A DNA stretch of 31,111 nucleotides from a virus (Duplodnaviria; Caudoviricetes), in the IMG/VR virus record IMGVR_UViG_3300049629_001336, positions 1 to 31,111 of that record; one strand, 5' to 3'. Below the pieces are notes generated by a model that saw only the letters and a program-made list of their open reading frames with translations, was not told the origin of the DNA and did no database searches. Made by a program: the position numbers and the translations under genes. Below, piece by piece: positions 1-9,256 of the stretch (position 1 is its first letter; each line of letters opens with the position of its first letter).

Positions 1-2
1 TT

Positions 3-818
3 ACAGGAAAACAAAAAAGAGAAATACAGGAAAAATTAAAAGCTCAAGTCGGATTAGGAAAAACAGAAATTTTAAATACAATATTCAACAACTCCACAAA
101 TATTATATCAGTACAAACTGATTTAAATTATGTGTTTAGAAAATTAGATGTTATATCTGATCAGTTAGATGGAAGTTTAACTCAAACCAATGAACCACTT
201 ATGTATGATTTAAGTGGAGACACATTCTTTAATGTTGATGAAAACAGTGGATCAGTATTTGATATTCTAACTTTCAAAGTTAAAAACATTATAAAAGCAT
301 TCAACGACTTAGTTGTTGCAAGAGGTTTCGATGGGGACAACTTCAAAAAGATTAACTCAACTATAGATAATGGTTCTGGATGTCAAGTTGTTTTTAATCA
401 AAACGAATCTTTTTTAGAAAATTGCCCAACTAACCGATATTATTCATTAATGTGTCCATTCTTTTTAAAAGAAGACAAATTCACAACTATGGTAAACGAA
501 CTTACAAATGGTCCGGAAGTTAAAGGGGATGCTAATAACTTGGCAAACACAATAACAGTTCAGTGTGAAGAATTGAAAAAAGAATTCAAAGCTTTTCAAA
601 CCTATTTGACAAACGAATTGAAAAAATTCGAGGATGATCCTCTTTATAAAGAGGCAACAACTTGGAAAGTTCCTGATAATACAGTAAAAACATGCTCCTA
701 TGTAACACCAGCTGTTGGTGACCTGAACTCAAAAAGTAAAAAAATAAAAGATTTGTATTCAAATATTAACCTGAATGATAAGAAAAATACATTCAACGGA
801 AAAGTAACATTTAATTAA
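3..818 (+). CDS. 5'-truncated hypothetical protein (C-terminal part of a larger, probably tail/baseplate-associated, phage protein)
   Basis: The frame of the listed ORF (GTG at 132) is open with no stop from position 3 (TGKQKREIQEKLKAQVGLGK...), so the gene probably starts before the window. It ends TAA at 816-818, 2 nt before the next ATG. The function is inferred from context only. Confidence 0.7.
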   Translation, partial: TGKQKREIQEKLKAQVGLGKTEILNTIFNNSTNIISVQTDLNYVFRKLDVISDQLDGSLTQTNEPLMYDLSGDTFFNVDENSGSVFDILTFKVKNIIKAFNDLVVARGFDGDNFKKINSTIDNGSGCQVVFNQNESFLENCPTNRYYSLMCPFFLKEDKFTTMVNELTNGPEVKGDANNLANTITVQCEELKKEFKAFQTYLTNELKKFEDDPLYKEATTWKVPDNTVKTCSYVTPAVGDLNSKSKKIKDLYSNINLNDKKNTFNGKVTFN

Positions 819-820
819 TT

Positions 821-1144
821 ATGCCATACTCATATTGGAATAGATATAGTGATTTTTTAATAAACGGAGAACAAACACCGGTTCCGTTTGCACCCCTACC
901 ATCTAAGTCATCAGACAAAAATTATATTTACAAGGTAGGTCAATCAAGATTAGATAAAATATCTCAACAGTTTTATGGAACACCATACTTTGGTTGGTTG
1001 ATCCAAATGGCAAATCCACAATTTTCGGGTAGTGAATGGGCAATTCCTGATGGTGCAGTATTGACAATTCCATTTCCATTGGTAGCTTCTTTACAAGACT
1101 ATAAAAACTCATACGAAAATTACTTCTTTTATTATGGTAGGTGA
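821..1144 (+). CDS. LysM-like baseplate wedge protein (T4 gp53 / P2 gpX-like)
   Basis: 107 aa with the LysM/tail-X pattern YIYKVGQSRLDKISQQFYGTPYFGWLIQMANP...IPDGAVLTIP. It overlaps the start of the putative hub gene, the usual gene order in contractile tails. Confidence 0.75.
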   Translation: MPYSYWNRYSDFLINGEQTPVPFAPLPSKSSDKNYIYKVGQSRLDKISQQFYGTPYFGWLIQMANPQFSGSEWAIPDGAVLTIPFPLVASLQDYKNSYENYFFYYGR

Positions 1145-4100
1145 TCAAGAAAATATATTAGTAGAACTTGACTACGACAACATAAGTTTAATTGACCCTA
1201 ACAAAGTTATAGATGAACAGGGGAACATATCAGACAGACTTGTAAAACAAGAGAACCTTGTTTACTATGCAAATCTCGAATGCAATGTTCTACCGAGAAC
1301 AAAACTAGCGGTTGGTACCGCATTAAATGATTCTGTCAGAACAGTATCTGTTGGTAAAATAAACTTCCTGAACCCAGGAAACAATACATTCTTAGGCACA
1401 GGTTGGGCTGATGAACTTACAGGTAAAGACACTCTTACAGGTCAAGGTGTAAATCAACCAAGTCAAAAACAACCAACTAATCCTAACAAATCTGATGACT
1501 ATTACATTACACAGAACCTATGGTCGAATGGAACACCAGGGGCTGTAGATAATGGATTATTAGGAATGAAGTCAATCAATGTATCAATTGACACAAACTT
1601 TTTACCGGTAATTGATGTTGATTTAGAAGATGTTAAAGGTAGAGCACTTTTCGAAGGTGGAAACAATTCTCCATATGCAGCATTTTTTCAATTACCGTAC
1701 CCACAGTTTACTTTAACACTTAAAGGATATTATGGAAAAGCAATCAAATTTCCAATAATGTTACAATCTTTCACATCCACATTTGATCCAAGTACACATA
1801 ACTTTCAAATTAAGTTAAAATTTTATGCATACAAATATACATTACTTTCTTATGTGAATTTTGGGGCTCTTATGGCAGTTCCACAAATGTATAAAAGTAG
1901 TATAACAACAACCCCTATACTTAAGGAACAAGGTAATACGGTATCAGGATCTGGTTCGGTTACGGCACCACAAACAGTGAGTAGAGGTTATCAGAAAATG
2001 AAAGAAGTTTATTCTATTTATAAATCCAAAGGTTTAATTCCTGACAACTTCCCTGAAATAACTTTGTTACAGTTAAAATATAGATTACAAAATTTTATCA
2101 AAGAAGTTTTAGATCAGTTTGAGAAAGAAAATATGGGTCTTCTGACTGATATGACTTTGTATACAAACAATCTATTAACATACCAACAAAAAGTTTTTTT
2201 ATTTTCAAGCGGATCTTGGTTTACCACCTATATGGATAGAGACTATCCAATTGTTTTGAAAAAAAAATTTCAGAATGCCTATGTCTTCAAAACAGTTTAT
2301 GAAGACCCAAACAAACGAGTTGACGCAATTTCAAAGTTAGTTGCGGACATAAATCAATACAATGATGTTTTACAACAAAATTCAGTGTTTGGTATTAAAG
2401 GAAGTTTTACGGTTGGGGGTGTAACAACACAATCAAACATACCTGTCAATATAGATTTTGAAAACACATTTCAAAGACAAATCGATATTTCCATGATTGA
2501 TTTGGTTGCAACATATGTCGCACAAAAAAATGCACCAAAAGGAGATTATTCAGAGTCAGATTCTGTAATTATAAACTACAAAAAAACTTTGGAAGGTACA
2601 TTAGCAGCAAACGATAACAAGGTTTATGTATTCGAAGGACCTGGTTCATTCATGGAAACGACAGATCAAATAGCTAAAACTGCATCTGAAAAAAGAAAAA
2701 CTGTTGAGTCCGCTATAAGTGCCAGTTTGGCAACAAAATTCAACTCTCAAGGAAACGGAGGTTTAGGATTTGTTCCAAACATAAGAAACATCTTAGCAAT
2801 CTTTTATTGTCAAGGTGAAGCGTTTCTTAGATTACTCGATGAGGTACATAAAAAAGCTTGGGATCAAAGAGAGAATAAATACAGAAGAGCGGCAATATTT
2901 GGTAATGTAACATCGGCACCAAGTGTTGATGTTAAAACTTCTACCCAAAATAACGAACCAATTTATCCATGGCCACAGGTTATTAAAGAAACTATTGGTG
3001 AGGATAATAAAGAAAAATTTGAAATCGTTTATCCTGGTGATCAAACAGTTGCAACGACATATAGGGCTTACAGTCCTGAAGTTTGGCCTGAAGTTGAATT
3101 TGTTGAACAATTCATCAAAGGTTATACAGAAAGAATTAATACTGATTTATTTGACTCACAATCATTTGGTTCTGATTTACAACCCGAAAGAGAATCGTTA
3201 AACGGGATTGATTTTCCTATTTCAAATGAGGTATTTCAAAACAAAGAAGAATCGAAATATTTTTATGAAATCTATGAGAGATTAATGATAAACTCTTTTT
3301 ATAGTAGATTTAATAGAAAATCAGGATACAACTTAAGCATATATGAAGTTGAAGGAGACGCTGAGGCGGTGAATGTACTACAAAGTTTGGGTGTTGATAA
3401 TCCATTTTTGGCAAAAAAATTAAAAGAGTATCTTTTAGATTCTAATAATTATGTACCATTTTTAAGACACATCTCAAATGAAGGACAAGGTGAAAGTTGG
3501 CAAACATTTGTTAGAGGTGAATTTGTTACTCCATATCTAAGAAATGATGTTAACAATCCTAATGTGTTATATAATGGAGCGATTTTTTCATCTTTAGAAT
3601 CTCAACCAACGGTATCACTAAGCAATCAAAACAATATTGTTAATATAACTAAATATCTCAGTGATTCATCAGTATCAAATGAATTTGATTTTGTTGATAC
3701 ATACCCTATTACAGATTTTCCATGGGTAAAAGTAAACATGGCAAACGGTAAAAGTTTAAATAACGCAAACGAGGTTTATGACACTAAAAATATTTTAAAT
3801 TACAATGAAGTTCACAAGACGGTTACAAACTTTACACTACAAGATACACGAAATGATAAAAGACCATTTACTCATTTTAATTTTTTAAACATAGATGTTA
3901 CCGCAAATTCGGAACTTCTTAAAACATTTTATGAAACTAGAAAATTTTCATCTCAAGTAATTACTGAGGGTAATTTAAATTATGAAAACTATGTAGGTCA
4001 GTTGACTGCAAATCAAACTACCTCAATGATGAATACCCCTTATTTTATTAATGCTATACAAAGAGGGGTATTTAACTTTAGATATAAACAAAACGAAGTA

Positions 4101-7100
4101 TCACCATATAAAAGTGCTGCATACTTGTTTCTGAATAGTTTACCTTTAGCAACTCTTAAAGAAAGATATAGAACCCTAAAAGATTCTACGACAACTGATT
4201 TGGATTATATAGTCTCAACTTTGAAAAAGTTTGGTGCGGTACACAAATTACCATATGCTTGGATTTTAAAGTACGGTTCAATATGGCACAGATACAAAGT
4301 ATACAAAGAAACGGGAGTAGATATTTTAGATGAAGTTTGGAAAGATTTTAACTATTTAGAAAATTGGGACCCTGCAACATCAGCAGCAACCTATTCATAT
4401 AATCTAACTATTGATGGTACACCAAGAAATTTAGTCTTAGATGCAACTTCACCAGCTCCGGCATTTACTGATATTAACACAGGATTTTACCCTCAACTAG
4501 TTGATGATTGGAATGTGTTTATACAAGGTTTAAAAATTTTTAGTGGGCAATCTCAAGTCAATGGTACCTTAGTGGTACAGTCTATATCAGGTACTTGTAA
4601 CACAATTCAAGTTACAGGTACTTGTTCAACAAATGGTACGGGTATTACAATTAATTCAATTACAAATAATTACATCACACTACCACACACAATTTTTATA
4701 CCGGCACTTAATGCGACAATTCAGTTGATCACTCAACAAACTGGTACACCAGGAGGAGTTGGTTTTTATACAACACCTCTCAACTTTAACGCGGCGTTTA
4801 CAAGTTTACCTTTTATTTTGGGTAGTTTTGGAACAATAACAAATAATAGTCAATATCAACTACAATTAGGTTCTATTTTAAGCGGAAGTTCATCTGTTTC
4901 TGCAGTTACTATTTTGGATGTTTTTAGTGCTTCTTCGGCCAACACTCAAATATATGAAATATCAACTTCACCCGCAGAATCTTACGCATATAATGTATTA
5001 AATCCGCCAGTACAAGTTTTATCAATCACAAACAATCTTATAACTAATGGTAGTATTCTTAATGGAACTAATTTGTTTGGTGACTTAATAATTTCATCAC
5101 AGATTTCAGGAACAACTGGAGGCATTGGATTATATCAAACCTCATCAATACAACCGTCAGTTACATCTCCTTTTGTATTACAAGGTGTTGTAATACAAGG
5201 TATTGGTTCTCAACAAATTCAAAACAACTTGAATAATGAGAATTTAATAATGATGAATACAACAAACTCAACAATTTATGAAACACCTGGTTTTGATTTA
5301 TCAAGTTTACAGAGATCGATGAGAATAAGTCCGTGGTCTGTATTGGTAAGAAATACAAAAGCCCCAAACACTTATTTTGTCACACCTTCATTTGGATCAA
5401 ACATAAATCAAGTAAAATCAGAAGCTTTCAAATTTGGTTTGATGAAACAGGAACTATCTAACAACCCATCAATGTTTAATGGAAGTGTAAGATTGTTTTG
5501 GGATGTACCACAGTTTGGGTGGTTTGACAATTCAAGAGTTGTTAAAAATGATCCTGAGACATACATGAAGAAAATACTCTTCGACCAAGCAGACCAACAA
5601 AACTTTTCAATTAACGGTAAAAACTCAGATTACTCAAACTTTGAAGAATTATTTACAACTTTTGACACAAGTGTTTTAGATTATCTTGAATCCGAGTTTT
5701 TAAATTTTAGTAGGTCAATTTACGATTTTGAAGATACTTTACCAAATCCATTGATACAACAAGAACTTGTGCCAGGTTCTCGAAGAAGGGTAAATGAGAT
5801 TACAGATGCTGAGAGATCATATAAAAATTTCCAAGCATTAATGAGAGAACTGATGGTGGTTAATAAACCAAGTGGTGATTCGCCAGAAGTAAAACTTGAA
5901 AATGTAATAACAGAACAAAATCAAAAGTTTCAAAGTGTCTTAAGTGAGTTTATTAATTACGATGTTGCTTTTAAATATGGAAATCCAAGTAATTTTAATA
6001 AGAGATTGTTTTACACCTTCTCTTCAAAATTTATTGAAGAACCAATTATTTATAGTCCTTATGAACAAGGAAATTTACCACCCCAAGTTTCTCTTGCACA
6101 ATCGAAAACACAAAACCCAAAAACATGGGAAGCTTTAGAATATTATGTTGGTAAATCAACAATACCTCAGTTAGAATATAAAAATAGTGGGTCTTATATA
6201 ACAGACTTTTTTATTAATATGAATGTTGCATTCAATGAAAAAAATGTTCAAGACTTTGCACCTTTAATTAAAATTTATGCATCACAAAAGTTAAAAACGC
6301 CCAATTTAAATTTGGGTAGTTTTTATAATTTAATGAATACATATATTGATGAGTCGGATCTTTATATTGGTAATGTTTTGAATGTGATGTTACCATATGT
6401 AAGAAAACAACTACCAAATGTCTTCGTAAGTAACGATGATACTGCAACAAGAGCAAACTTGGAAGCTGGTTTCACTGAACAAACAAGAGTTGAATTGTGG
6501 GAAACTTTCAAAGCATTAAATGATACATGGATTGCTGGATTTGATTTTGAAAGTAAAACATTATTTGAAGATGTATTGTTAGTCGATAGGGCAAGTAGAA
6601 ATGTGGGTGACAAAATTTTAGTTGATATCTACGGTATTATAAATTTGCTCGAAGATGGTGCGACTGAAAAAAAACAAGGTAGTAATTCTTACAAGAATAC
6701 TTTGTTGGATATGGTAACCACAATATTAATTCAAAACAATTTTCAACATTTCATGTTACCGGCATATGTAAACTTTTATAATGTACAAGACGCACAAAAA
6801 AACCCAACACCAAGACCTGACGGAACATTAGAAGTTGGTAATATGATGTTCGGAACTTATCTGAATGTAGATTACAGACAAAGTTCGCCTAAGTTTCTTT
6901 GTTACTATGTTAGTAAACCAAGTGAACACCTTAACATGAATGACAATATTGATTATAGATTTAGAGATGATGCGTTTGATTTGAGACGAGCTAGCGACAA
7001 CCCACTTTTAGAAAATCTTAAAAACAAAAATGATTGGGATAAGTCTAACAAGATTATTGGATTTAATGTAGACCCTACAAGGGAGAACCAACAAATATTC

Positions 7101-8201
7101 AAATCATTCAGTGTGGCTCAAGATCCTGGTAAACCAACATCAGAATCTTTAGAAATGTTGAATCAAATGGCTAATTTAGGAAAGAACCGGAGATCTACAA
7201 CACAAAATGTTTCATTATATAACTTATATAAAAATAGAAGTTATGCTTGTTCAGTAGATATGATGGGGTGTGCATTAATACAACCTATGATGTATTTCAA
7301 TATTAGAAACATACCTATGTTTTCAGGACCATACATGATTACTAAAGTAACTCACACTATTAATGAAAGTGGATTTGAAACTAAATTTGATGGAACAAGA
7401 CAACCATTCTATAGTTTACCTTCAGTTGAGAACTTCTTACAAACACTTAACGAAAAACTAGTTTCCCAACTTCAAACTAAGGTTAAAGAAAATGAACAAA
7501 TAAGTAAGGCTAAATCCGAAAATGTTAAAATACAAGCTGAAAATACAATTGCCAATTTAAATTCTGAAGACAAACTTACTCAAAATCAAGATTGTGCCGC
7601 GCAGATTAATAATAGTTACGCAGGATTTGTAGGTGTTGATACACCTCAACAAACTACAGTATCAACTAAAGTATTAATGAGTACAATTGAAGAAGTCTTG
7701 AGTGAACAAGGATTATCACCAACTGGACTTACCTATCAAAATTTAATATCAATAATATTCACATTTGTATATGTTGATTCAGGAACTGAAAGTGGTTCGT
7801 CAGTAAGTGCATATGAAAATAATTATAGTACAATAAATCTAACCGAAGTTTACTCAGATAAGTTTTTTGAATATATAAATAGAAAATACTTCTGTGTATC
7901 GAGAGGTTCAAATCCAAACTTACCGATAGTTGTCTTTAGATCTTTAAAAGACTTTATAAAGTTTGTATACACTAGAGTTGGAAACATACCAAGATTTTTA
8001 AATAACGACCTTAATGACTTTTCACAATTTGGACAAGATGCAATTCCATTTGCGTTGGCAAAAGAATATGTTTTGTATTACCCTACTAATCAAAATGAAA
8101 ATGTATATAAACAAATAGAGGCAGATCCTAACCAAATAACCAAACTTAGACAAGAATTTGTGAATGCATTCAATCAATCAATCGCAATTTTAAAACAATG
8201 A
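1134..8201 (+). CDS. Giant putative baseplate hub protein (gp27/gpD-like N- and C-terminal barrels with a very large insertion; possible lysozyme-like C-terminal domain)
   Basis: 2355-aa uninterrupted ORF. The N-terminal LGMKSINVSID...VIDVDLEDVKG...FTLTLKGYYGK and C-terminal SVDMMGCALIQPMMYFNIRNIPMFSGPYMITKVTHTINESGFETKFDGTR (about 7250-7400) resemble gp27/gpD/Mu gp44 hub strands (G.Y.I..V.H.I...GF.T). It directly follows the LysM gene. Confidence 0.6.
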   Translation: MVGDQENILVELDYDNISLIDPNKVIDEQGNISDRLVKQENLVYYANLECNVLPRTKLAVGTALNDSVRTVSVGKINFLNPGNNTFLGTGWADELTGKDTLTGQGVNQPSQKQPTNPNKSDDYYITQNLWSNGTPGAVDNGLLGMKSINVSIDTNFLPVIDVDLEDVKGRALFEGGNNSPYAAFFQLPYPQFTLTLKGYYGKAIKFPIMLQSFTSTFDPSTHNFQIKLKFYAYKYTLLSYVNFGALMAVPQMYKSSITTTPILKEQGNTVSGSGSVTAPQTVSRGYQKMKEVYSIYKSKGLIPDNFPEITLLQLKYRLQNFIKEVLDQFEKENMGLLTDMTLYTNNLLTYQQKVFLFSSGSWFTTYMDRDYPIVLKKKFQNAYVFKTVYEDPNKRVDAISKLVADINQYNDVLQQNSVFGIKGSFTVGGVTTQSNIPVNIDFENTFQRQIDISMIDLVATYVAQKNAPKGDYSESDSVIINYKKTLEGTLAANDNKVYVFEGPGSFMETTDQIAKTASEKRKTVESAISASLATKFNSQGNGGLGFVPNIRNILAIFYCQGEAFLRLLDEVHKKAWDQRENKYRRAAIFGNVTSAPSVDVKTSTQNNEPIYPWPQVIKETIGEDNKEKFEIVYPGDQTVATTYRAYSPEVWPEVEFVEQFIKGYTERINTDLFDSQSFGSDLQPERESLNGIDFPISNEVFQNKEESKYFYEIYERLMINSFYSRFNRKSGYNLSIYEVEGDAEAVNVLQSLGVDNPFLAKKLKEYLLDSNNYVPFLRHISNEGQGESWQTFVRGEFVTPYLRNDVNNPNVLYNGAIFSSLESQPTVSLSNQNNIVNITKYLSDSSVSNEFDFVDTYPITDFPWVKVNMANGKSLNNANEVYDTKNILNYNEVHKTVTNFTLQDTRNDKRPFTHFNFLNIDVTANSELLKTFYETRKFSSQVITEGNLNYENYVGQLTANQTTSMMNTPYFINAIQRGVFNFRYKQNEVSPYKSAAYLFLNSLPLATLKERYRTLKDSTTTDLDYIVSTLKKFGAVHKLPYAWILKYGSIWHRYKVYKETGVDILDEVWKDFNYLENWDPATSAATYSYNLTIDGTPRNLVLDATSPAPAFTDINTGFYPQLVDDWNVFIQGLKIFSGQSQVNGTLVVQSISGTCNTIQVTGTCSTNGTGITINSITNNYITLPHTIFIPALNATIQLITQQTGTPGGVGFYTTPLNFNAAFTSLPFILGSFGTITNNSQYQLQLGSILSGSSSVSAVTILDVFSASSANTQIYEISTSPAESYAYNVLNPPVQVLSITNNLITNGSILNGTNLFGDLIISSQISGTTGGIGLYQTSSIQPSVTSPFVLQGVVIQGIGSQQIQNNLNNENLIMMNTTNSTIYETPGFDLSSLQRSMRISPWSVLVRNTKAPNTYFVTPSFGSNINQVKSEAFKFGLMKQELSNNPSMFNGSVRLFWDVPQFGWFDNSRVVKNDPETYMKKILFDQADQQNFSINGKNSDYSNFEELFTTFDTSVLDYLESEFLNFSRSIYDFEDTLPNPLIQQELVPGSRRRVNEITDAERSYKNFQALMRELMVVNKPSGDSPEVKLENVITEQNQKFQSVLSEFINYDVAFKYGNPSNFNKRLFYTFSSKFIEEPIIYSPYEQGNLPPQVSLAQSKTQNPKTWEALEYYVGKSTIPQLEYKNSGSYITDFFINMNVAFNEKNVQDFAPLIKIYASQKLKTPNLNLGSFYNLMNTYIDESDLYIGNVLNVMLPYVRKQLPNVFVSNDDTATRANLEAGFTEQTRVELWETFKALNDTWIAGFDFESKTLFEDVLLVDRASRNVGDKILVDIYGIINLLEDGATEKKQGSNSYKNTLLDMVTTILIQNNFQHFMLPAYVNFYNVQDAQKNPTPRPDGTLEVGNMMFGTYLNVDYRQSSPKFLCYYVSKPSEHLNMNDNIDYRFRDDAFDLRRASDNPLLENLKNKNDWDKSNKIIGFNVDPTRENQQIFKSFSVAQDPGKPTSESLEMLNQMANLGKNRRSTTQNVSLYNLYKNRSYACSVDMMGCALIQPMMYFNIRNIPMFSGPYMITKVTHTINESGFETKFDGTRQPFYSLPSVENFLQTLNEKLVSQLQTKVKENEQISKAKSENVKIQAENTIANLNSEDKLTQNQDCAAQINNSYAGFVGVDTPQQTTVSTKVLMSTIEEVLSEQGLSPTGLTYQNLISIIFTFVYVDSGTESGSSVSAYENNYSTINLTEVYSDKFFEYINRKYFCVSRGSNPNLPIVVFRSLKDFIKFVYTRVGNIPRFLNNDLNDFSQFGQDAIPFALAKEYVLYYPTNQNENVYKQIEADPNQITKLRQEFVNAFNQSIAILKQ
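4554..4625 (+). repeat. Three 27-nt (9-aa) period repeats QVNGTLVVQ / SISGTCNTI / QVTGTC inside the hub gene
   Basis: GGTAC recurs at 4563, 4590 and 4617. CAGGTACTTGT is identical at 4588-4598 and 4615-4625. Confidence 0.7.
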
Positions 8202-8204
8202 TGA

Positions 8205-8216
8205 TATTTATAAATA
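8205..8216 (+). promoter_or_regulatory. Candidate phage late promoter TATTTAT, here within the palindrome TATTTATAAATA that also contains the T4 late promoter TATAAATA
   Basis: Intergenic, starting 21 nt before the ATG at 8226. The same heptamer precedes ORFs at 12951, 17814, 20198 and 29730. Confidence 0.55.
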
Positions 8217-8225
8217 AAATAACTT

Positions 8226-8450
8226 ATGAGCGTTAAATTAATATTGGATAACTACTTAGGAAAAAACACTAGAGTTTCTGAAAAAGATATGGGTGATGGT
8301 ACAAAACAAGTTTGTGACTTAGACACCGGTGACTGTTATACAGTTAGAATGAAAGACGGATTGATTGAAAGAGTTGATAATACAATGAAAACTTTTAAAA
8401 AAATCCAAGTCGAAACCAATAAAGGGATAAAAACACTGTTAAACGGATAG
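8226..8450 (+). CDS. Small hypothetical protein (74 aa)
   Basis: ATG to TAG, fills the gap between the hub and the next ORF, and is preceded by the TATTTAT motif. Contains VCDLDTGDCY and KDGLIERV. Confidence 0.75.
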   Translation: MSVKLILDNYLGKNTRVSEKDMGDGTKQVCDLDTGDCYTVRMKDGLIERVDNTMKTFKKIQVETNKGIKTLLNG

Positions 8451-8452
8451 AA

Positions 8453-9148
8453 ATGAAAATTGACGAAAAAATATTAAATGAGATTGCAAGATATAGACAA
8501 ATCAACAAATATATCTTAGAACAAGATGCACCACCTGTAGATCCAACAGTAGACCCTGCGGCAGCGGGAGCACCACCCGTAGATCCTACAGCAGACCCTG
8601 CTGCGGCGGGAGCACCACCTACTGATCCTGCGGCACCACCAGCACCAGCAGCACCGGCAGCGGGAGCACCTGTAGATGTTGCGACTGATCCTGATGTTGA
8701 AGAAGTTACACCTGAAGGTGAAGGAGGAGAAGGCGATGTTGAAGAATTGGACATTACAGATCTTGTAGATTCTCAAAAAACCATGGCAGATAAACAAGAA
8801 GAGTATTTTGAAAACTTGTTTAATCAAATTAAAACTATGGAAGATAAATTGGCTGAAATGGATAGTTTAGTTCAGAAAATCGATTTAGTTGATGCTAAAC
8901 TTGAAAAGTACAGACCTAAAACGGCACAAGAAAAATTAGAACTTAGATCTTTAGATTCGGGTCCATTTAAACAAAACTTAGCTGATTTCTTTAAAGATAA
9001 AGAAGAAGACATGGAAAGAAGTGGGAAAAATGAATATGTTCTTACAAAAGATGATGTTGAAAATTACAGCGCATCTGAAATAGAACAATCATTCAATGAA
9101 CCAATGGAAGACGAAGACGACATGATTTTAAATAGATATAATTCATAA
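8453..9148 (+). CDS. Hypothetical acidic protein with Pro/Ala-rich repeats and a coiled coil (possible prohead core/internal virion protein)
   Basis: 231 aa. The N-terminal helix carries ILNE and ILEQ, followed by an APPVDPT repeat, an acidic linker and a heptad region (LFNQIKTMEDKLAEMDSLVQKIDLVDAKLEK). A terminator follows the gene. Confidence 0.7.
   Translation: MKIDEKILNEIARYRQINKYILEQDAPPVDPTVDPAAAGAPPVDPTADPAAAGAPPTDPAAPPAPAAPAAGAPVDVATDPDVEEVTPEGEGGEGDVEELDITDLVDSQKTMADKQEEYFENLFNQIKTMEDKLAEMDSLVQKIDLVDAKLEKYRPKTAQEKLELRSLDSGPFKQNLADFFKDKEEDMERSGKNEYVLTKDDVENYSASEIEQSFNEPMEDEDDMILNRYNS
8528..8677 (+). repeat. GC-rich coding tandem repeat, 42-nt unit (APPVDPT[V/A]DPAAAG) x2 plus degenerate copies
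   Basis: Units at 8528-8569 and 8570-8611 are near identical. Further partial copies run from 8612 to 8677. Confidence 0.85.
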
Positions 9149-9150
9149 GG

Positions 9151-9184
9151 TTTAAGGTCGAAATTATCGACCTTAAATTTTTTT
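9151..9184 (+). terminator. Intrinsic terminator
   Basis: Perfect 11-bp stem TTTAAGGTCGA (9151-9161) / TCGACCTTAAA (9167-9177) with loop AATTA, followed by T7. It begins 2 nt after the stop at 9148. Confidence 0.85.
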
Positions 9185-9194
9185 CTGACACAAT

Positions 9195-9223
9195 TTGACT
9201 ATACCTTTTTTTACAACTATAAT
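9195..9223 (+). promoter_or_regulatory. Host sigma70-type (early/middle) promoter for the SSB/replication module
   Basis: TTGACT (9195-9200), 17-nt spacer, TATAAT (9218-9223). It lies just after the terminator and 33 nt before the SSB ATG. Confidence 0.7.
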
Positions 9224-9256
9224 TTTTACACATAAACTCTAAATTTTTAATTACAC

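Noticed and set aside
132-134. GTG at 132 as the true start of the first gene
   Set aside because: The frame is open back to the window edge, so the gene more likely starts upstream.
8528-8677. CRISPR array or diversity-generating retroelement repeats
   Set aside because: The repeats are in-frame coding units without unique spacers. No reverse transcriptase, cas gene or adenine-specific repeat pair was seen in the window.
8395-8827. Minus-strand ORFs 8395-8754 and 8516-8827 (Gly/Ala-rich and Cys/Trp/Arg-rich)
   Set aside because: They are shadows of the GC-rich Pro/Ala repeat in the + strand gene, which lacks stops in reverse frames.
9224-9256. T4 gene 32-style autoregulatory pseudoknot and operator before the SSB gene
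   Set aside because: The leader is short and AU-rich and I could not identify a pseudoknot.
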